DNA of 64,000 nt, from the IMG/VR virus record IMGVR_UViG_3300020060_000009. One strand, written 5' to 3'. Shown one piece after another: positions 44,090 to 53,331 of the stretch. Source of the DNA: a virus. Taxonomy: Duplodnaviria > Heunggongvirae > Uroviricota > Caudoviricetes. Below the pieces are notes generated by a model. That model was not told where the DNA came from, searched no databases, and was given only the letters and a program-made list of their open reading frames with translations. The first letter of the stretch is position 1, and the number at the start of each line of letters is the position of its first letter. Both the position numbers and the translations under genes were made by a program.

Positions 44090-44503
44090 TCATTTTAGGA
44101 GTTCGTATATAGTTTCGTTAGAATAGCCACTATTGTGCAGGTCTATAATATGTTGCACCACGCCGACATTAGCAACTTTGTTTTTTATGTTCGTACCACG
44201 AGAACTCCACCTAAGATTTGAAGCCCTGTTGTCGTGTTTGATTCGATTAATGTGGTCTACCTCTGGTAGATTGTCAGGATTCGATAAGAATGTCTTAGCG
44301 ACTAGTCTATGTACTCTGAACGTAATAAGATTCCGATTAGTATCGTAGAGACTGTGTGTCTGGTATCCAGTGGATCTGTTATTCTTTTTTAATATTCTAT
44401 CAGTCTTTACGTTTCTGACATCCCCCATATTTGACACCTCATAATTTGGGAACCCGTCTATTTTGCGCCATTCTGTTTGTGTTTTCATTTTGTCCCTAAA
44501 CAA
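44090..44503 (-). CDS. HNH_3-type homing endonuclease (NUMOD4 + HNH)
   Basis: NYEVSNMGDVRN (NUMOD4-like) followed by GY...HRLVAKTF...VDHINRIKHDNRASNLRW, the HNH_3 pattern. Confidence 0.7.
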   Translation of the reverse strand: MFRDKMKTQTEWRKIDGFPNYEVSNMGDVRNVKTDRILKKNNRSTGYQTHSLYDTNRNLITFRVHRLVAKTFLSNPDNLPEVDHINRIKHDNRASNLRWSSRGTNIKNKVANVGVVQHIIDLHNSGYSNETIYELLK

Positions 44504-44533
44504 AAAACTCCACAGTTAGGGCTGTGGAGTTCT
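44490..44533 (-). terminator. rho-independent terminator (minus strand)
   Basis: 10-bp stem aactccacag/ctgtggagtt. On the minus strand it is followed by TTTTTTGTTT. Downstream of the vWA gene. Confidence 0.55.
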
Positions 44534-44753
44534 TATATATCTATTTTAGCAGACACCCTAACGTCTACTTTAAGTATAACCTTTATCGTTTTTGTCAAAT
44601 AAAATTACAATAATTGCTATTTTCGGCTTCTGTAACGCGACTTAGAACTCAAGACGCACATTTTCCCTACTTTATAACAAAAAGCCCTCACAGAGCCTTA
44701 GAAAAGGCCACAGAGGGCTTATTGGATTAGGTTGCAACGCCTAGCATGTTATA

Positions 44754-45542
44754 TTATTTAGTTTTTTCGTTTTCTTCCTGCTGTGTGCGAGTGAAGTACG
44801 AGTCGGTCGTCATAGTAGGCGATGCACTGTACGAACGAGTAGCACTTGAGAGGCTCACGACCATAGCCTTGATACCTGCTCCTGTAGTGTTGAAGTTACT
44901 CGTGTTTGAGGTTGAGAACCCATAGGCTGATGAAGTAGCGAACGCGTCTTGGTTTGCACCAAGGTACACGAATGTCCAGTTACCTTCATTTTCTTTTTGC
45001 TTTTTAAGTTCTTTCATATCTTTAGCGGTGAACTCTTTAGACATATTCTCACCACCATCTGTCAATACGACAAAGAGGTGTTTCTCGTCTTTACGAGACT
45101 TCACATCCTTCAACACGGTGCAGAACGCATCATGAAGCGGTGTGCCGCCGTCTGGAACGTAAGTCTCTCTAGTGAGTTCTGGCACATCATCAACATACAT
45201 TGAATCATGTATCTTGTTGAGACGGAGACTGCCATTTCTGTCGCTGTCAAAAGCTGTAAGGCTGAATTTATATTTGCCACCATCTTTCTTGAGAGAGTTT
45301 ACATACTCGTTGTATCCTTCGATAGTTGCATTGCGCGCGGACTCCATAGACCCCGAGCTGTCTAGCAATACGTGAACAACTGTCGTCAGCTTAGAGGCAT
45401 CTTCGCGTTTACCTTTATTGAAGATAATATCGCGCGCTTCATCTGCCGTAAGTACGTTTAGTTTTACCAACTCTGCAATCTCTGCACCCGTTGGTTGGTT
45501 TTTTAGTTTCCAAGTTAAATCTTTTGTCATCTTATTATTCAT
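44754..45542 (-). CDS. von Willebrand factor A (vWA) domain protein
   Basis: MIDAS VHVLLDSSGSM, VVLTDGGEN and a Thr at canonical spacing. Confidence 0.65.
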   Translation of the reverse strand: MNNKMTKDLTWKLKNQPTGAEIAELVKLNVLTADEARDIIFNKGKREDASKLTTVVHVLLDSSGSMESARNATIEGYNEYVNSLKKDGGKYKFSLTAFDSDRNGSLRLNKIHDSMYVDDVPELTRETYVPDGGTPLHDAFCTVLKDVKSRKDEKHLFVVLTDGGENMSKEFTAKDMKELKKQKENEGNWTFVYLGANQDAFATSSAYGFSTSNTSNFNTTGAGIKAMVVSLSSATRSYSASPTMTTDSYFTRTQQEENEKTK

Positions 45543-45875
45543 CTTTCGTTTTTAACACTATCATGTGAGGGAGTGCGTTTGTTTAACTTGGCGTTGCAAT
45601 CAAATTGTTAAGGATGAAACCGACTAAACCATTCAAGTAGTCTGCATTTCACTCTCCCTATTATAACAAAGAAACTCCCTAAGTGGAAGTCTCTTGTGTT
45701 TTGCCCGGCTGATAACTATTTTATTATAGCAATTATTGGCAACCTTCGCAAGCAGTTGCATCTGCTGGGTCAACAATGGCATCTAGGAATGTACGTTCTC
45801 TGTCGGGGTCGTTCTTAGCGTTCTCCATAGCTTCGTTGATTAGTCTTAGTTTTTCGTTTAGTTCTTCTGCTGACA

Positions 45876-46097
45876 TTAGATTAGCCCCATTAGTTTAGAA
45901 GGATTCCAGCCAACTACGACTGATTCCCCATTTGTTGTTATTGGTACGGACGACACGCCGGAAAGTTTGAATGCCTCTTCTTGCTTCTCTGGCTGTTCTT
46001 CTATGTTAATCGTTTCATATTCCACGCCTTTTTTATCTAGGAAGTGTTTTACCATTATGCAGTATGCACAATGTGTTGTAGTATAGATTTTTAGCAT
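45876..46097 (-). CDS. nrdH: glutaredoxin / NrdH-like redoxin
   Basis: 73 aa; CAYC active site in a KIYTTTHCAYCIMVKHFL context, and C-terminal VP...G...GW typical of glutaredoxin/NrdH. Confidence 0.7.
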   Translation of the reverse strand: MLKIYTTTHCAYCIMVKHFLDKKGVEYETINIEEQPEKQEEAFKLSGVSSVPITTNGESVVVGWNPSKLMGLI

Positions 46098-46228
46098 TAA
46101 ATCTCCTTATTTTAATGGGAAAAAAATATGTCTCTCGCCACTAAGACATATTTTTCTGTTAATTGTTCTATTCTAATTATACACTGTTATTATCACAAAA
46201 CATAGCTTAAAATTGCGCAACAATGGGC

Positions 46229-46260
46229 TTGTGTTTTTCGTTAAATGAGAGCATAATTAA
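46229..46260 (+). promoter_or_regulatory. conserved phage promoter (TTGTGT-N17-CATAAT)
   Basis: gggcTTGTGTttttcgttaaatgagagCATAATtaaa. Confidence 0.55.
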
Positions 46261-46288
46261 ATTATAAGTTAAGAAAGGCTTAGACAAT

Positions 46289-46456
46289 ATGAACGAACCA
46301 GTACATATCGACGAAAACGATAACGTGATCATAAATATTAGTCAAATCACGCCATCGTCAAATGTATTCACAAACTGTAAAGAATGCGGTTGTGAACTAT
46401 TTGGTGGCGAGCGTGAGGGGGAGGATGCGAATGGATACTGCGATACCTGCAACTAG
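46289..46456 (+). CDS. small zinc-ribbon protein (55 aa)
   Basis: MNEPVHIDEND...CKECGCELFGG...GYCDTCN. Not in the supplied track because it is shorter than 60 aa. Confidence 0.35.
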   Translation: MNEPVHIDENDNVIINISQITPSSNVFTNCKECGCELFGGEREGEDANGYCDTCN

Positions 46457-46838
46457 CACTTGGGATAAAGTGATGGCATTAAAGTCTAAAGACAAAAGGA
46501 ACAATGGGCTTACTAACAATTTAACAGATGAAGAGTTAGAGTGTGTCCTTGGAACTGTTGATTATTTCGGCGGGAATATTGGTATGACATACCACGATCT
46601 AAGTCGGAATGCTAAAGCAAATGTGAATGGTTCTATTGTACCTTTTGCACCTTGCTATCGTATATTCGACTGGCTCGGAATGTGTGTTATGGGCGACAGA
46701 ATCTCAAGTACCGATGCTACTAAGGTTCTTGTTTATTCGTTCTTGAAAGTTGATGGTGATATCGACAAATGGATTACCGATCTTCGAGAAGTAGATTATG
46801 ATATGGACGAAAGCTGGAAAGAGATTATTCTACGATGA
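46431..46838 (+). CDS. hypothetical protein
   Basis: ORF from an internal Met (MDTAIPATS...) of the supplied 46362..46838 frame; the N-terminal part overlaps the zinc-ribbon gene. Confidence 0.4.
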   Translation: MDTAIPATSTWDKVMALKSKDKRNNGLTNNLTDEELECVLGTVDYFGGNIGMTYHDLSRNAKANVNGSIVPFAPCYRIFDWLGMCVMGDRISSTDATKVLVYSFLKVDGDIDKWITDLREVDYDMDESWKEIILR

Positions 46839-47026
46839 AAGTACCGAAGCCTCAAGACCATGCCAAAACAGAAGACGAAGCTCGACAAGAAGCCATTAAC
46901 TGGCAACAATGGCAGAGTGATAAAAGCCTGAGCATGGGTGTCATCGCCCAATGGAATGCTTACTTCACTAAACTAGCAAAGAAATTTGACTTAACTGATG
47001 AGTTCAAGGAAAATGGGATTATATGA
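46835..47026 (+). CDS. hypothetical protein
   Basis: 63-aa ORF. Confidence 0.4.
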   Translation: MKVPKPQDHAKTEDEARQEAINWQQWQSDKSLSMGVIAQWNAYFTKLAKKFDLTDEFKENGII

Positions 47027-47268
47027 AAATATTTGTTTATAGAACATTTGATAGTGCAGGTGATATCATATGCCAGGGTGTAATTGACCATAGTGAAGAT
47101 GTATCTATCGAAGAAGTAACAACTCTAGACACAACATCAGACCGCGATCTTCATGACGTACAAGACTTTATCGAAAGACATTATCCCGAATATGATATGC
47201 ACTTTGAATGGCAGGAAATGCAAATTCTACCTAGATGGGAAATACCAGGGGAAATTAAAAGAAGCTAG
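47023..47268 (+). CDS. hypothetical acidic protein
   Basis: 81-aa ORF. Confidence 0.4.
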   Translation: MKIFVYRTFDSAGDIICQGVIDHSEDVSIEEVTTLDTTSDRDLHDVQDFIERHYPEYDMHFEWQEMQILPRWEIPGEIKRS

Positions 47269-47369
47269 TAACGCTAGCTTCTTAAAGATTTACTTTCTGT
47301 TGGGAGATACCCAAGCTGCTAAATCAAACAGTAGGGAGCCAAGCTTACTACGAATCTTACGAAACATAT

Positions 47370-47618
47370 TTAGCCTTTAGGAATTGTCTTAACAGCAAGC
47401 GAAGCTGAGTCACTGGATGTAACAGTAGCAGATACGATACTTGTTAGAATCGAGATTACACCAGCGCCAACAGCAACACCTAGAGCTTGTTGCCAGTTAA
47501 CCGTAAGTATGTCAAATACTTGATCGCCTACTACCATAAGAGCTAGTAGAGCTTGTGCAACAGTTTTAAGTGAGCGTTCGGCTGTATCAGCCCAGAACTT
47601 AGTTGTGAAAATTGTCAT
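47370..47618 (-). CDS. holin (putative)
   Basis: 82 aa with two or three TM segments, immediately upstream of the endolysin on the same strand. Confidence 0.5.
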   Translation of the reverse strand: MTIFTTKFWADTAERSLKTVAQALLALMVVGDQVFDILTVNWQQALGVAVGAGVISILTSIVSATVTSSDSASLAVKTIPKG

Positions 47619-47627
47619 ATTTTTTCC

Positions 47628-49259
47628 TTATTTTTTATTTGTTAATTTAGCAATGATATCGTTGATGAACTTACCAATAGCTACGAATATTGCCCATAGA
47701 GGACTTTTAGTTGGGTCATCTGGTTCAACTGGGTCTGTAGGAGTTGTTGACTCATCTTTATAACCACCACCTTCTACTTTATAGTATTCCTCAAGTGTTA
47801 GAACACCTGTGTTGCGCATATCTGTCGCAACAATTATCCCTACGTAACGCCAGTGCCAAGGTTCGCTCATGTAGCCTGTGATAGGCTCTTTTGGAGCTGT
47901 GTAACGAAGAATCCAACCATACTTGTAAGCATTGGCGGTTAACCAAGTAGAAGCAGCAGAAGTCGAGAAAGAATCCTCGATAGGCGAGAAGTCCATAGTT
48001 AACCCAGTTTGATGTTCGCTGAATCCTGGACGAGCAGAATAGCGATCAGCAGCCTCTTTCCCATCTTGCTTAACATAATTATTGTAAAGCGTTTCTTGCG
48101 TCTCGTAAGAACGATAACCAGAAGCAGGAGTTAAGGTTTGTTGTGTCTGCATCAACTTAAGACTATCAGCAGCTTCTTTGCGAAGTCTTTGTCCAGAGCC
48201 AACATCAACAAGATCAGCAGGGACATAACTTTTATCAAGCCCGTGCTTTTTATTAACAACCTTAGTCACCTCTTTATCTATTGTAGGGACTGGGTAAACG
48301 GGAGGCGTGACTACCGGAACCGTATCTACTGTCACTTCTTGAAGATCATGAGTGGTTTGGTCCGTGAAACCACCGGAGTGTGCCCAACCACCTGTGTATT
48401 TGCCACGGAACCAAACATCACTACCGTCAACAAGCGTACCGTGTGTCCAGGCATCAAAGTCTAGAACGTCGGCAGGGTTAAATGTCTTAATAACATTATC
48501 CGGTGCTGGGACAGGAGTTTTGCGATAGTTAATAACAGAGTTAGCAACTTCACGTTGATACCCAAGTAGAACTGGCTTAGTAGCTGGAGTTAGATCAGGA
48601 AGATCATGTGTTCCCTTATCGTCGAATGCACCGCTCCAAACATAGCCACCTGTATAACGCCCGACAAACCAAATATCATTACCGTCTACGCTTTCACCAT
48701 GTACAAATCCCTTGAAATCGTAAGCTAAGCCACCTACAAATGTTTGTAGTAGGTTACCTGACGAACTAGCTGCATCACGGTATTTGGCAGCATAACTCGC
48801 TACACGCTGGAAACCTTCGAGTGGAGCATCATCCCCAATAGTGAAGGGAGCGTTACCGTTAGGACGTAACCAACCTTGAACATAACTTGCATAAGCATTG
48901 AATACCCCTGTATAAACAGGAACTTGCATAAATGAATCTTGTTGATAAATTGTTATGTTTGGACCATTAATAGCCACAACTACACCAGTGTGCCCGAAAC
49001 CACCACCCATTTGTCCATTAGAAACAAATATATCTCCTAGGCGTGGAGCATTTCCTGCTGGAATTTTATCAAGATAAGTAGAAGACCAGAAGCGATATAT
49101 ATCTACAGCATTTCCCCAACCCGCGCTTTGAGTCCAAGAAACATCAGTAAGATATTCTACCCAACTTTTTGATACGTCAACACAATCATAACTTTGGTTA
49201 TCTAGGTCTATTTTTTTATTGTATACTTGGTTCATCCAAGCTTGTAGTGATTTTGCCAT
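47628..49259 (-). CDS. endolysin: N-terminal CHAP peptidase + C-terminal M15/VanY-like D-Ala-D-Ala carboxypeptidase domain
   Basis: N-terminus with a conserved Cys (YDCVDVSKSW) and His (GFGHTGVV) as in CHAP. Central repeated ~90-aa modules (HDLPDLT... / HDLQEVT...) look like cell-wall-binding repeats. C-terminus SGYRSYETQETLYNNY...PGFSEHQTGLTMDF...EPWHWRYVG is the VanY/M15B zinc peptidase motif set. Confidence 0.7.
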   Translation of the reverse strand: MAKSLQAWMNQVYNKKIDLDNQSYDCVDVSKSWVEYLTDVSWTQSAGWGNAVDIYRFWSSTYLDKIPAGNAPRLGDIFVSNGQMGGGFGHTGVVVAINGPNITIYQQDSFMQVPVYTGVFNAYASYVQGWLRPNGNAPFTIGDDAPLEGFQRVASYAAKYRDAASSSGNLLQTFVGGLAYDFKGFVHGESVDGNDIWFVGRYTGGYVWSGAFDDKGTHDLPDLTPATKPVLLGYQREVANSVINYRKTPVPAPDNVIKTFNPADVLDFDAWTHGTLVDGSDVWFRGKYTGGWAHSGGFTDQTTHDLQEVTVDTVPVVTPPVYPVPTIDKEVTKVVNKKHGLDKSYVPADLVDVGSGQRLRKEAADSLKLMQTQQTLTPASGYRSYETQETLYNNYVKQDGKEAADRYSARPGFSEHQTGLTMDFSPIEDSFSTSAASTWLTANAYKYGWILRYTAPKEPITGYMSEPWHWRYVGIIVATDMRNTGVLTLEEYYKVEGGGYKDESTTPTDPVEPDDPTKSPLWAIFVAIGKFINDIIAKLTNKK

Positions 49260-49280
49260 ATATTTTTTACCTTACTACTA

Positions 49281-49556
49281 TTATCTCATAGCCTCTACTT
49301 TTACTTTAGCTTCTTCGTTGCATCTGTCAATAGTCTCTTCTCCACGTTGTGCAGTCGGGACAAGTAGTAAACACTTAGTAGCAAGAGATTCTTGCAACAC
49401 TGTAAACGTTGTAGTCCTGCTAATTTCACGTTGTTTTTGGTTGTAATTTTGGTTACTAATCGTAACTGCAATCAAACTGAACTCACTAATCAAAATAAGT
49501 ATAATAAGTGGTATAACTACTGATGATAGATCTTCTTTGAGATTTATAAATTTCAT
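49281..49556 (-). CDS. small membrane protein
   Basis: 91 aa with a central TM helix. Confidence 0.4.
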   Translation of the reverse strand: MKFINLKEDLSSVVIPLIILILISEFSLIAVTISNQNYNQKQREISRTTTFTVLQESLATKCLLLVPTAQRGEETIDRCNEEAKVKVEAMR

Positions 49557-49569
49557 TTGTACCTCTCCT

Positions 49570-50097
49570 TTAAGGACAACTTTGTAGTGGTGAGAGATAA
49601 TACTCTACCTGCCAATTTTCATCACCTTCGTTGCGCCATTCCATACGGCGCTCTTCGGCGTTACAGCGTCTTTCTGTTTTCGGCCCCGGTTCACCCTTTT
49701 CTCCTGGTGGTCCTTGAGTTCCCTCAGCGCCGTCCTTGCCATCAGCACCGTTTGTGCCATTCTCACCATTTACGGCATCTTTACCGTTTGCTCCAATTGT
49801 ACCACTATCGCCCTTTAGCCCTTGTAAACCCGTAGCACCTGTATCGCCTTGTGGCCCACGACAGTTATTAGGGTCAGCAGCACAATATTGCGCAACAGCT
49901 AGGACAATTTTAGATTCATCGAGACTTAAATTATCAGTATTTATATGATACTTCTTTAGCTCTTCTTCTACACTCTTCTGGACAACGGAAGTAATATCTT
50001 GGGGGTGTGTAACATAGTAAAAAAGAATACCTACACTCGTCAAGAAGGCCAGCAGCAGCAATATTACCATGGAAATTAGTAGTTTTTCTTTTTTCAT
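49570..50097 (-). CDS. collagen-like repeat protein (probable fibre component)
   Basis: N-terminal TM/signal, then about 20 Gly-X-Y triplets: GPQGDTGATGLQGLKGDSGTIGANGKDAVNGENGTNGADGKDGAEGTQGPPGEKGEPGPK. Confidence 0.6.
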   Translation of the reverse strand: MKKEKLLISMVILLLLAFLTSVGILFYYVTHPQDITSVVQKSVEEELKKYHINTDNLSLDESKIVLAVAQYCAADPNNCRGPQGDTGATGLQGLKGDSGTIGANGKDAVNGENGTNGADGKDGAEGTQGPPGEKGEPGPKTERRCNAEERRMEWRNEGDENWQVEYYLSPLQSCP

Positions 50098-50099
50098 AT

Positions 50100-50477
50100 T
50101 TAAGTAGCCTTACCTGACAGTGTAATAAGAAACACAATTAGTTGTCCAACAACAGCAAACATAGTACCAACAATCAACCAGAGCGCTTTAGAAATATTCT
50201 TTTTAACGGGACTATACTCAAGGTGAATTTTTTTTATCTCGTCTTCTAATGAAGCGCGAGACTTTTTATCCAAAGCTAAAATATTGTCATTCATCTGTTG
50301 TGGGCTAACCTGAGTATCTGTTTTAAGAAGGAGGGCTTTTAAACTCTCCTTAATATCAGCAAATTCTGAGTTAGCTTGGCGCTCAAAGTTATCAAATTTA
50401 TCATTCAAAGCGTCTAGTTGGTACACCTTTGCAGGTTGTTCCGATTCTTCCTGTGTTTTCTTAGTCATTTTAGGCAT
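50100..50477 (-). CDS. membrane-anchored protein
   Basis: 125 aa with a C-terminal TM helix. Confidence 0.4.
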   Translation of the reverse strand: MPKMTKKTQEESEQPAKVYQLDALNDKFDNFERQANSEFADIKESLKALLLKTDTQVSPQQMNDNILALDKKSRASLEDEIKKIHLEYSPVKKNISKALWLIVGTMFAVVGQLIVFLITLSGKAT

Positions 50478-50478
50478 C

Positions 50479-50943
50479 TTAGTATTGTGTTGCTACAAAA
50501 TAAATTGGTTGTGTGCCAGATAACGTATCAATGTTGATCGTGAACTCCCCAGCAGTAGACATGCTGTTAAAGCTACCTTGGAGAACTTTAGTTATTACAC
50601 CACCAGATAGGTTATAGTGCAATAAACATTTATTATTAACTTGTTCAGTTTTTCCACCAAGAGCACTGCTTGCAAAAATAAGAGCCTTAGTAGTTTGCTG
50701 CGTAGGTGTCATCATTCCATTACTAGAGTGGCATATACCATCACTCCCCGTTGCGGATGGCCCATTCGAGAACTGGATAACATCTGCGAGCAGAGTGCCG
50801 TCATTAAAAAACACCGTTGTAGTGAAAGGTGGCGTACCGTTTGGTGTAAATGAACCGCGTTCTATCTTAGCCATTAGATTCCTCCACAAATTGCCAGTTA
50901 GTGTCACCATCAACTCGGATGATAGTAACTTTCTTGCCATCAC
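50479..50943 (-). CDS. hypothetical structural protein
   Basis: 154-aa ORF. Confidence 0.4.
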   Translation of the reverse strand: MMARKLLSSELMVTLTGNLWRNLMAKIERGSFTPNGTPPFTTTVFFNDGTLLADVIQFSNGPSATGSDGICHSSNGMMTPTQQTTKALIFASSALGGKTEQVNNKCLLHYNLSGGVITKVLQGSFNSMSTAGEFTINIDTLSGTQPIYFVATQY

Positions 50944-50983
50944 GCATTATTTTCTTTTTTTCTATCTTTGCCATACTGGCCTC

Positions 50984-51361
50984 CTAAATGTAGTTAGCTT
51001 TGCTAACAGGAACAAGTTGTACTGTTACTTGTCCGTACTTACATTGGTTAATTAATTTAATGTCGTGGTCAGCAGCATAGTATTGAGCGGTCTTTTGTGA
51101 ACTAGTTTGAGTGTCCCAATAGGTTACTGAAAAATAGTCATCGTTTAATGCTGAGGAAAGTGATTGAGCATGTGCAAAATCTAATATGGAAGTGACCACA
51201 CTAATGTTAGGATATATACCGATAAGTGTTGCCGATATGTTACCGTTCATATCCCTATTCGCATTTTTCCAGAGCTTGCTATATGTCAAAGTATAGTCAT
51301 TGATTTGACTGGTAGACAATGATACGCCATTGATGATAATTAAGGGGTTAGTTACGGCCAT
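50984..51361 (-). CDS. hypothetical structural protein
   Basis: 125-aa ORF. Confidence 0.4.
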   Translation of the reverse strand: MAVTNPLIIINGVSLSTSQINDYTLTYSKLWKNANRDMNGNISATLIGIYPNISVVTSILDFAHAQSLSSALNDDYFSVTYWDTQTSSQKTAQYYAADHDIKLINQCKYGQVTVQLVPVSKANYI

Positions 51362-51544
51362 TTTTTGTTTTTATCTCTGTGACTTATTATAACAGACTGG
51401 TCATTGTTCATCTGGTAGTTAAAGGGGCTCTTACTCCTCTGTTATGGTATAATTAAGGTAATAGATACCTGATTAAATATCTGGTTAAAATAAAAATAAT
51501 AGAAGAGTCTAAATAATCTTAAGACCTACTACGGAGAATAAAAA

Positions 51545-52114
51545 ATGGCATTACCAAACCCAGGAATGGACGCAGTACCGTTCACACCTCTTACTGCTGA
51601 ATTTCTAGATGACATGATAGAAAATATCGAGTTTACTTACAGCGGTCTATCAACTGGTAGCGGTATAGGGTCTGGGACTATTACTAATGCCAAACTATCT
51701 ACTACAGCAGGAGAACCAGGAGCTGCGTGGCAATCTTATACCCCAACATGGACTGCATCTAGTGTAAACCCTACACTTGGTAACGGGACACTCACAGGAG
51801 CCTACAATAAAGTAGGTAAAATGATAACTGCAAGGATATTTTTGCAGTATGGTAGCACAACATCTTCTGGAACAGGGGCATTCCGATGGTCTCTACCTGT
51901 GACGCCAAAATCTAGTACATTCTTTATGGGTTCAGGATGGGGTTTAAGAACTGGTTCAGCCTTTGAAGCTTGGCCCGTATCTAACATAGATACCTTTGGG
52001 GCTGTTCAAGCCTATATTCAACTTGTCAATACTGGTGGTGGAGTCTCTAGCAGTACTCAGAGCTGGACAAACGGCGATAAATTTGTCTTAGAGATAACTT
52101 ACGAATCAGTTTAA
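51545..52114 (+). CDS. Gly/Ser/Thr-rich protein (possible fibre or adhesin-like)
   Basis: 189 aa with low-complexity G/S/T stretches. Plus strand inside the late region. Confidence 0.4.
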   Translation: MALPNPGMDAVPFTPLTAEFLDDMIENIEFTYSGLSTGSGIGSGTITNAKLSTTAGEPGAAWQSYTPTWTASSVNPTLGNGTLTGAYNKVGKMITARIFLQYGSTTSSGTGAFRWSLPVTPKSSTFFMGSGWGLRTGSAFEAWPVSNIDTFGAVQAYIQLVNTGGGVSSSTQSWTNGDKFVLEITYESV

Positions 52115-52680
52115 GAGTTGCTATCCACGTAAGCAAAAGAACCAGTACTCTCTATTTCTTCTATCTGTTTACTTGTTACTTTTTGCAAAAGTGATTCAAA
52201 TAGTTCTTCTATTGAAGATTGATCGCTATTCGTTGTCCACACAAAGAAGGCAAATTTCTTGCCTTCTTTTTCATAGTTTTTACCATATGAGTAAAGAGGA
52301 CTAAGAGTGTTAGAACGGACTAGCGTTCCATTATTAAGATATGGATAACCTCCAGAAAATGTTCTAACATACATATCATCTCTTCTAAGCGCGTGGAAGA
52401 TACCAACTTTATCGTGTTCTGCATATTGTTTCATATACTCATTGTAACAAAATAAGATAAGTTTTGCAAGATTGGGCTTGTGTTTTTGATAAAAAAAGAG
52501 TATAATAGGTCTTATGAAAATGATTAATTCGAAATTTAGCAATATCCTACTATTAGTCCTTATCTCTATCTTAGGAGCTATTGCTATAGTAATAATTATA
52601 TTATCAGTCCATAAATTACAGGCCCCGGCAACCCCAGTAAATAATTCAATTCCAGAAACTAGTAACTGGGAAGACTGCAC
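52111..52680 (-). CDS. hypothetical protein
   Basis: 189-aa ORF; the first ~60 codons overlap a plus-strand promoter and gene, so the true start may be an internal Met. Confidence 0.35.
   Translation of the reverse strand: MQSSQLLVSGIELFTGVAGACNLWTDNIIITIAIAPKIEIRTNSRILLNFELIIFIRPIILFFYQKHKPNLAKLILFCYNEYMKQYAEHDKVGIFHALRRDDMYVRTFSGGYPYLNNGTLVRSNTLSPLYSYGKNYEKEGKKFAFFVWTTNSDQSSIEELFESLLQKVTSKQIEEIESTGSFAYVDSNS
52480..52511 (+). promoter_or_regulatory. conserved phage promoter (TTGTGT-N17-TATAAT)
   Basis: gggcTTGTGTttttgataaaaaaagagTATAATagg. Confidence 0.55.
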
Positions 52681-52852
52681 AAACGCTTCTGAAGTTGAGT
52701 ACAGATCTTATGTCCTGACTAAGGATTCTTATACTGAACCTGACGGGGATATTATGTATAAGCTTTCACCATCTGAGTGGGAAACTATAAATAAAAAACG
52801 CGCCGATCAGATAGACGCATGTTCAAAAAAGTATCCTGACCAAGTTCACTAA
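52514..52852 (+). CDS. secreted/lipoprotein-like small protein
   Basis: N-terminal signal-like hydrophobic segment. 112 aa. Confidence 0.45.
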   Translation: MKMINSKFSNILLLVLISILGAIAIVIIILSVHKLQAPATPVNNSIPETSNWEDCTNASEVEYRSYVLTKDSYTEPDGDIMYKLSPSEWETINKKRADQIDACSKKYPDQVH

Positions 52853-53331
52853 ACAAATGGTGGTCGCATAACTCTAACTTTAACATTTAAAGTAAAACCA
52901 CTAAGAGTTATAGTACCGAGAGTCTGGTTTGATCTACCAACATTGATTATCAAATTATTATTTGAATCAGAAGACGTGTTTATAATAAAAAGTTGATTCG
53001 CACTTGCGACTACTTTATTATCGTACCAAAGAAATTGTCCAGTAATAGGATGCCAGACGTCATCCTCTATCCCCCCAAGCTGAATTTGAAGACGATTTAA
53101 AGTGTCAGTTCTTTCTAGGGGTATAGCTATCCTTGTAGAAGTAGTACCTCCAGAGATCATGCTAATAGGTGCTATGACGTGTGAAGAGGCTAGAGTTTGA
53201 TTATTCCCTAACCCAGCAAATTGAGAAGCAAATTGTATTTTAGTAATATCAATCATCGCCGTAAGTCCTGACATAAAGTTTACCTGCAAATGCTGTAGCA
53301 CCTGCGCCAATCGAAACAACCGTATTAGCAT
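52849..53331 (-). CDS. minor tail/baseplate protein (putative)
   Basis: 160-aa ORF in the tail module. Confidence 0.35.
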   Translation of the reverse strand: MLIRLFRLAQVLQHLQVNFMSGLTAMIDITKIQFASQFAGLGNNQTLASSHVIAPISMISGGTTSTRIAIPLERTDTLNRLQIQLGGIEDDVWHPITGQFLWYDNKVVASANQLFIINTSSDSNNNLIINVGRSNQTLGTITLSGFTLNVKVRVMRPPFV

